From contig JBHIAT010000045.1 of NCBI GenBank assembly GCA_046758705.1, positions 1 to 22,279 on the forward strand: a DNA stretch of 22,279 bases, read 5' to 3'. The translations under genes and the position numbers were made by a program. The stretch is from Candidatus Bipolaricaulia bacterium. GTDB lineage: Bacteria; Bipolaricaulota; Bipolaricaulia; JBHIAT01. This document shows positions 18,156 to 22,279 of the stretch, one piece after another. Under the pieces are notes generated by a model. It ran no database searches, was not told where the DNA came from, and worked only from the letters and a program-made list of their open reading frames with translations. Every line of letters begins with the position of its first letter. The stretch's first letter is position 1.

Positions 18156-19958
18156 TTAGCGAGCGATCGTGACCCGATCGAGATCGACCAGGCCCGGAAT
18201 GCGACTGGCGTTGGGGAAGTTCACTTCCTTGCGCCAGACGAGAATGTCCAGTGGATGGAACAGGAACGCCCCGGCGACCTTGTCTGAGGTGAGCTGGTTC
18301 GCCCGCTGCACCAGCTCTTTTCGCCGGTTGAGATCGGGCTCGACGCGCTGCCGGTCGATCAGTTCGTCGACCTCCCGTTCAGAGAAGAAGCCGAACGGCA
18401 TCTCCTCTTTGTTCCGGTTGGCCCCGTTGAACTTGGAAGTTGTCTGCATCCAATCGACCACGCCGTCATCGGGGTCGAAGTCGCCGCCGCTGCCGATGCG
18501 CAGCAGGTCGTAGTCCATCGCCTGGAAGTTGTCAATCAACACCGGGAATTCCCTGATGTCCAACTCGACGTTGATGTTGAGGTTCCTGTTCAGGATATCC
18601 ACCAGGATCTGACCCTCGCGTCGGCCACCCGCGGTGGTCAGAAGCTTGAGCGTAGGAAAACCCCGGCCGTTGGGGAAACCGGCCTCGGCAAGCAGTTGTT
18701 GGGCGGCTTCGGGGTCAAAGCGTTGCTCGCTGGTCTCATTGATGGCGGTGTCGAAGAAGAAGCGCATCGCCGGATTGATCGTGCCGAAGGCAGGCACGCC
18801 GCGTCCGAACAGCGCCCGCTCGATGAGCGTTTCCCGATCGATCGCTTTGGCGATCGCTAACCGCACTTTGAAGCCCCGCTCCTGCTTCAGTTGCTCGACC
18901 GGCTTGTTAAAGTCCGTGACCACAAACGGCTCGCGCCACGGGTTGATCCACAGCGCCTGGAAACCCGGCCCGGGGATCTGTGAGACGACCAGGTCCCGGT
19001 TGGCCACGAACCGATCGATCAGTTCTGGCGCGGGCGGGTTGCCCCCAATGAGCTGGATGTCCCCTGCTTCAATGGCCGCGGCCAGCGGCTCGGGCTCGGG
19101 GATCGGGATGATCGTCACCTTGTCCAATCGGGGCCGCCTGGAGTCATAGTATTGGTCGTACTTCTCCAGCACCACGCCTTGGCCCAGCTGGTGGAAGGTC
19201 ACGCGGAACGGTCCGGTTCCCACCGGGGTGAGGCCGTACTGCGCTGTACCCATCTGTTGCAGCGCCCGGCGGTTCACGATGGTGAGCGCCCGACCACTGG
19301 CGCGCTCGGTGGTCTTGATCAGGAACGAAGCCTGTGGGGCGCTGAGGGTGAACTTGACGTGGAACCTTCCTTGAGGGTCGTCCGCTGTCCTGACCTTCTC
19401 CACCTTCTCGACTTGGGCCAGTACCCGGGAATGGATCGACTGCTCCGGGTCCTTCGAGCGGTTGAAGGTGAAGATCACGTCGTCGGAGGTGAACCGATCA
19501 CCGTTGTGAAAGGTCACGCCATCGAGCAAAGTGAAGGTGTACTCTTTGCCATCGGAGGAGACCTTCCAATCGAAGGCCAGGTCCCCTTCGGCAACCAAAT
19601 TGGGATTGATATGGGTCAGCCCTCCAAGCACGACCGAGGCGATCTGGAACTCCAGGACTTGGTTGATCTGGGCTGGATCGAGTGTCCGGATCTCACCGGT
19701 GCCCGCCCAGCCGGCGGTCAGCTCTCCACCGATGTGATCAGCAAAGGCACTGCTGCTGCTAACACCCGGCAGCAGATGCCACAGCGAGAGCGTCCCTGCC
19801 GCGGCCATCAGCCTTAACACCGTCCGCCGGCTCATCTTCGGGCCGCGCAAATCTGACTTGCTCAGACTGAACAACGGATCCTTGGGGTCGAAATCGTAGG
19901 CCCACTTCAGCTCGTCACGGATCTGTTCTTTCTCCTTCTCATCAAGTTCGTCAAACAT
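18156..19958 (-). CDS. ABC transporter substrate-binding protein (family 5) with twin-arginine signal
   Basis: SRRTVL Tat motif, TLDPA, YTFTL..GVTFHNG..FTSDDVIFTF, PVGTGPF; AAGGAGG RBS. Confidence 0.92.
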   Translation of the reverse strand: MFDELDEKEKEQIRDELKWAYDFDPKDPLFSLSKSDLRGPKMSRRTVLRLMAAAGTLSLWHLLPGVSSSSAFADHIGGELTAGWAGTGEIRTLDPAQINQVLEFQIASVVLGGLTHINPNLVAEGDLAFDWKVSSDGKEYTFTLLDGVTFHNGDRFTSDDVIFTFNRSKDPEQSIHSRVLAQVEKVEKVRTADDPQGRFHVKFTLSAPQASFLIKTTERASGRALTIVNRRALQQMGTAQYGLTPVGTGPFRVTFHQLGQGVVLEKYDQYYDSRRPRLDKVTIIPIPEPEPLAAAIEAGDIQLIGGNPPAPELIDRFVANRDLVVSQIPGPGFQALWINPWREPFVVTDFNKPVEQLKQERGFKVRLAIAKAIDRETLIERALFGRGVPAFGTINPAMRFFFDTAINETSEQRFDPEAAQQLLAEAGFPNGRGFPTLKLLTTAGGRREGQILVDILNRNLNINVELDIREFPVLIDNFQAMDYDLLRIGSGGDFDPDDGVVDWMQTTSKFNGANRNKEEMPFGFFSEREVDELIDRQRVEPDLNRRKELVQRANQLTSDKVAGAFLFHPLDILVWRKEVNFPNASRIPGLVDLDRVTIAR

Positions 19959-20114
19959 TTTTTCCTCCTTTTCGGTTTCGAGATGTTTGCTAACACGGAT
20001 CGCTGATCCTACGGTGAGCAGTTTTCACCTCCTCCTTCTGAATCTCGCGTAGAACCCGTCGCTGTCGTCGAGCAGGCATGTAAGGCTCTCCAGATTTCGC
20101 TCGAAACGCACGAT

Positions 20115-20828
20115 TTAAGCGTTCAAGTCCGTTTCGAGGGCATCGAAGTGCTGGCCCATCTCGAAGACAGCCTGTACCCGATCCCGCTGTTCAATCGCCT
20201 GAAAGATTCGTCGATGGATCTCGAAGGTCTCTCTGAAGCGTTGACTGTCGGAACGATAGTACTTCTCTCTGAGTTGTCGGGGAAGTCGTTGTCCCATCAC
20301 TTCCAGCAGAGGTTCCAAAGCACGAACCAGCAGAGAGTTATGAGTCGCGGTGACGAGGGTCAAGTGGAAACCCTGGTTGGCCCGGTTGAACGCATCGAAG
20401 TTGCGGACATCTGCCGTCTGTCGCATCGCGGTTAGAGACGTTTCTAACGCCTGAAGATCCTTGGAAGTGGCCTTGTTGCAAACCAGACCGGCAATGCCCT
20501 CCTCCAAAACTCGTCTGGCCTCGAACGCCTCATACAGGCTTTCACTCTCCTCGAGCAGCGAGAGCGCCCGATACCCTTCCTCAAGGCCGACCATATTGCT
20601 CAATACGTATGTCCCATCCCCGGCGCGACTCTCGACGATACCCACCAGCTGTAGTGCACTGAGGGCCTCGCGCACCGAGGGACGGCTCACGCCCATCTGC
20701 GCTGCAATCTCCCGCTCAGGAGGCAGCTTATCGCCGACGTGATACGCCCCTCTTCGGATCGCCTCAACGATCTGCTCGGCGGCATAAGTGCTCTTTCTTT
20801 TCTTCTCGATCTTCGTGAATTCTGCCAT
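20115..20828 (-). CDS. GntR-family, FadR-subfamily transcriptional regulator
   Basis: GDKLPPEREIA..MGVSRPSVREAL wHTH and FCD domain (EARRVLE, FH..LV.ATHN, M.QHF); start uncertain (ATG 20828 or GTG 20843). Confidence 0.92.
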   Translation of the reverse strand: MAEFTKIEKKRKSTYAAEQIVEAIRRGAYHVGDKLPPEREIAAQMGVSRPSVREALSALQLVGIVESRAGDGTYVLSNMVGLEEGYRALSLLEESESLYEAFEARRVLEEGIAGLVCNKATSKDLQALETSLTAMRQTADVRNFDAFNRANQGFHLTLVTATHNSLLVRALEPLLEVMGQRLPRQLREKYYRSDSQRFRETFEIHRRIFQAIEQRDRVQAVFEMGQHFDALETDLNA

Positions 20829-20843
20829 ATGAGTATGAGCCAC

Positions 20844-20888
20844 ATTCTAATAGACAATTGGCCAGATTGTCAAGTGGTCAGGCCATTA
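20844..20888 (-). promoter_or_regulatory. sigma70 promoter of the regulator with an overlapping FadR-type operator
   Basis: Minus TTGACA (20873-20868), 18 nt, TAGAAT (20849-20844); AAGTGGTCAGGCCATTA (20872-20888) resembles FadR-subfamily TGGTCnGACCA boxes. Confidence 0.7.
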
Positions 20889-21193
20889 TACTGAAATTAC
20901 GACATAAGAGCTAACCCCCTTCCACCCTCACCTCTCTCATCTCTCTACCCCTTCAGACTCAGGATCCACGCGAAAGAACGTCTCAGGCGGCTTCCCCAGG
21001 ATCACCATCAACTCCTCCACATCCAGCACCGCATACCACTCCCCCGCAAACACGATCACTTGATGGATGCTGTCCCGCCCCATCTCCTCCCGCCGAAATC
21101 GGCGTATCCCTTTCTCCTTCTCCCCCAACCGGTAGCCCCGATCCGTGCGAAACCCGTAAATGGGTCGATCCCTGGATCCGGAAGTGAACGAAC

Positions 21194-21469
21194 ATGGCAA
21201 AATCCCAAGAGCAAGTTTGTCCGGTCTGTGGCGCCCCTCTAAAGGAGACCCAGGTCACCCATGATGAAACATGGGGAGACAAGCTTTACCGATTTGAGAA
21301 GGTGCCGGCTTTGATCTGTACTGAGTATGGTGAGGTTCTTTTCAGTGCCGAAGTTAATGAAATCCTAGAGGAGATTATTACCAGCCAAGAGGAACCAGAT
21401 CACTATCAAGAGGTGAAGATTCCGGTTTTCAACTTTACCAAGCACCTTCCGGAAAAGACAGCTGCTTAA
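21194..21469 (+). CDS. YgiT-type zinc-finger protein (MqsA N-terminal-like antitoxin), second Cys pair degenerate
   Basis: CPVCG...VPALICTEYGEVLFSAEV pattern. Confidence 0.8.
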   Translation: MAKSQEQVCPVCGAPLKETQVTHDETWGDKLYRFEKVPALICTEYGEVLFSAEVNEILEEIITSQEEPDHYQEVKIPVFNFTKHLPEKTAA

Positions 21470-21511
21470 GACCACTGATTGCAAGAGAATTAGATGCGAT
21501 GGAGGTGCTCT

Positions 21512-21617
21512 AAAAAAGAAAGAGCGCTGCCGTGAGAAGCTCCCCTCCAGCCAATAGCCCCACCTGCTGGGGCATGACGCCGGAGGACTACCTCACGGAC
21601 TTCTGCGCCTTTCACTT
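21512..21617 (-). ncRNA. Candidate rod-like small RNA with its own promoter and U-tract
   Basis: Minus TTGACA (21649-21644), 16 nt, TATATT; nested stems GAAAG/CTTTC, GCGC/GCGC, CCGTGAG/CTCACGG, CCTCCGGC/GCTGGAGG, GCCCCA/TGGGGC; ends TTTCTTTTTT. Confidence 0.55.
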
Positions 21618-21646
21618 ATAAAATATACCTTCATCTACTGATTTGT

Positions 21647-21790
21647 CAAAAACAAAAGGGGAAACGGCCCAGCTGTTTTGGCTGGGCCACCCATCTTAGG
21701 CTTGTTCCCGAAGGAACAGAGGCCACCGATGGCTGCTCCTATTCCCGATCTGAGATCGGGACACCCGCTGTTAAGGTCGGTATTCGGAGA
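21647..21790 (-). ncRNA. Candidate structured RNA ending in an intrinsic terminator
   Basis: TCCCGATC/GATCGGGA hairpin, long stem capped by C(UUCG)G, then GGCCCAGC/GCTGGGCC hairpin + U-rich tail. Confidence 0.55.
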
Positions 21791-21800
21791 TCACTATTAT

Positions 21801-22143
21801 TCATTCTTTCAGCGGCTAAAACCGCGTACTTTTAGTACGCGGATACAGCCGCCCTTGACTTCCCCTCCTGCATGTGGTATAACCACCATAGGTCTTTGAC
21901 AACGTAGGGGGTTGTTGCCACAACCCTGCGCAACGTAAAACGTTGTGGGTATAGCCAGGTGTATTTTGCCAGCGTTTTGCGGTTCAGCGAGACAGAAGCT
22001 AACCGCCACCAAGCCTGGCCTAAAGAAACTAAAATGCTGTGTGTACCAGGCCGGGCGCGGCCTGCGTGGAGACGAGAACCTCTGCTTGTGTAAGTTCCGT
22101 CTGTGAAGCGAGAAGCCACGTACTTTAGTGTGTGGAGCGTCAC
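21801..22143 (+). mobile_element. Non-autonomous, ORF-less IS200/IS605-family element
   Basis: Left end: TTAT (21797-21800), AAAA, hairpin CCGCGTACT-tt-t-AGTACGCGG; right end: GAAG, hairpin CCACGTACT-tt-AGTGTGTGG, TCAC (22140-22143). Confidence 0.8.
21855..21883 (+). promoter_or_regulatory. Near-consensus sigma70 promoter inside the element
   Basis: TTGACT 21855-21860, 17 nt, extended -10 TGgTATAAC. Confidence 0.8.
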
Positions 22144-22163
22144 ATATACTCACTCAGTTGTAC
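21890..22163 (+). ncRNA. Candidate TnpB-type omegaRNA (reRNA) scaffold plus flanking guide
   Basis: Series of hairpins ending GCGTGGAGACG...CGTCTGTGAAGCGAGAAGCC-hairpin-TCAC, as at TnpB right ends. Confidence 0.65.
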
Positions 22164-22258
22164 CTGTCAAGACCCCGGATTCCTAAGTGGAAAAAGCTGG
22201 ATCCTTGATTTTTTGACTTATACCCTTCTATAGTTTCGCAGAATTTGAAGGAGGTGCA

Positions 22259-22279
22259 ATGAGGGTCGATCTTCCCCAT
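22259..22279 (+). CDS. Start of a gene truncated by the window edge (MRVDLPH...)
   Basis: AAGGAGGTG RBS; upstream TTGATT (22205-22210), 18 nt, TATAGT (22229-22234). Confidence 0.55.

Noticed and set aside
20866-20873. ATTGTCAA at the gntR promoter as a SARP site
   Set aside because: Single copy, fully explained as a -35 hexamer
21512-21790. SRP RNA, T-box or tRNA identity for the structured region
   Set aside because: AGCAGCC and GGGTGGC fragments occur without the required surrounding consensus; no cloverleaf
21678-22153. ORFs 21678-21899, 21809-22153 and 21832-22143
   Set aside because: Cross hairpins and element ends; no TnpA HUH or TnpB RuvC/zinc-finger motifs

Overview
Bacterial chromosomal window (organism not determinable from sequence alone). 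It contains, in order: the 3' TPR part of a STAND-type gene; a lactate-utilisation-type lutC plus lutB::CCG fusion; a cold-shock gene; a cNMP-binding protein beside a frameshifted, TPR-deleted class III cyclase/NB-ARC gene; an internalin-like LRR gene; a DUF5317 membrane gene preceded by an unannotated 31-aa signal-peptide-like ORF; a SARP/BTAD-ATPase-TPR regulator locus; a FadR-regulated peptide-ABC/gamma-glutamyltransferase/TauE operon with no ATPase gene; and a decayed YgiT-type toxin-antitoxin remnant. The last 0.8 kb is rich in non-coding structure. Strongest leads: (1) a 343-bp ORF-less IS200/IS605 element (21801-22143) with intact ends, its own promoter and a TnpB-type omegaRNA; (2) the small peptide + DUF5317 pair, whose motifs suggest a signal-peptidase-II-like peptide-processing system; (3) two tandem unassigned structured RNAs on the minus strand at 21512-21790. 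All family assignments are from motif recognition, not database searches.
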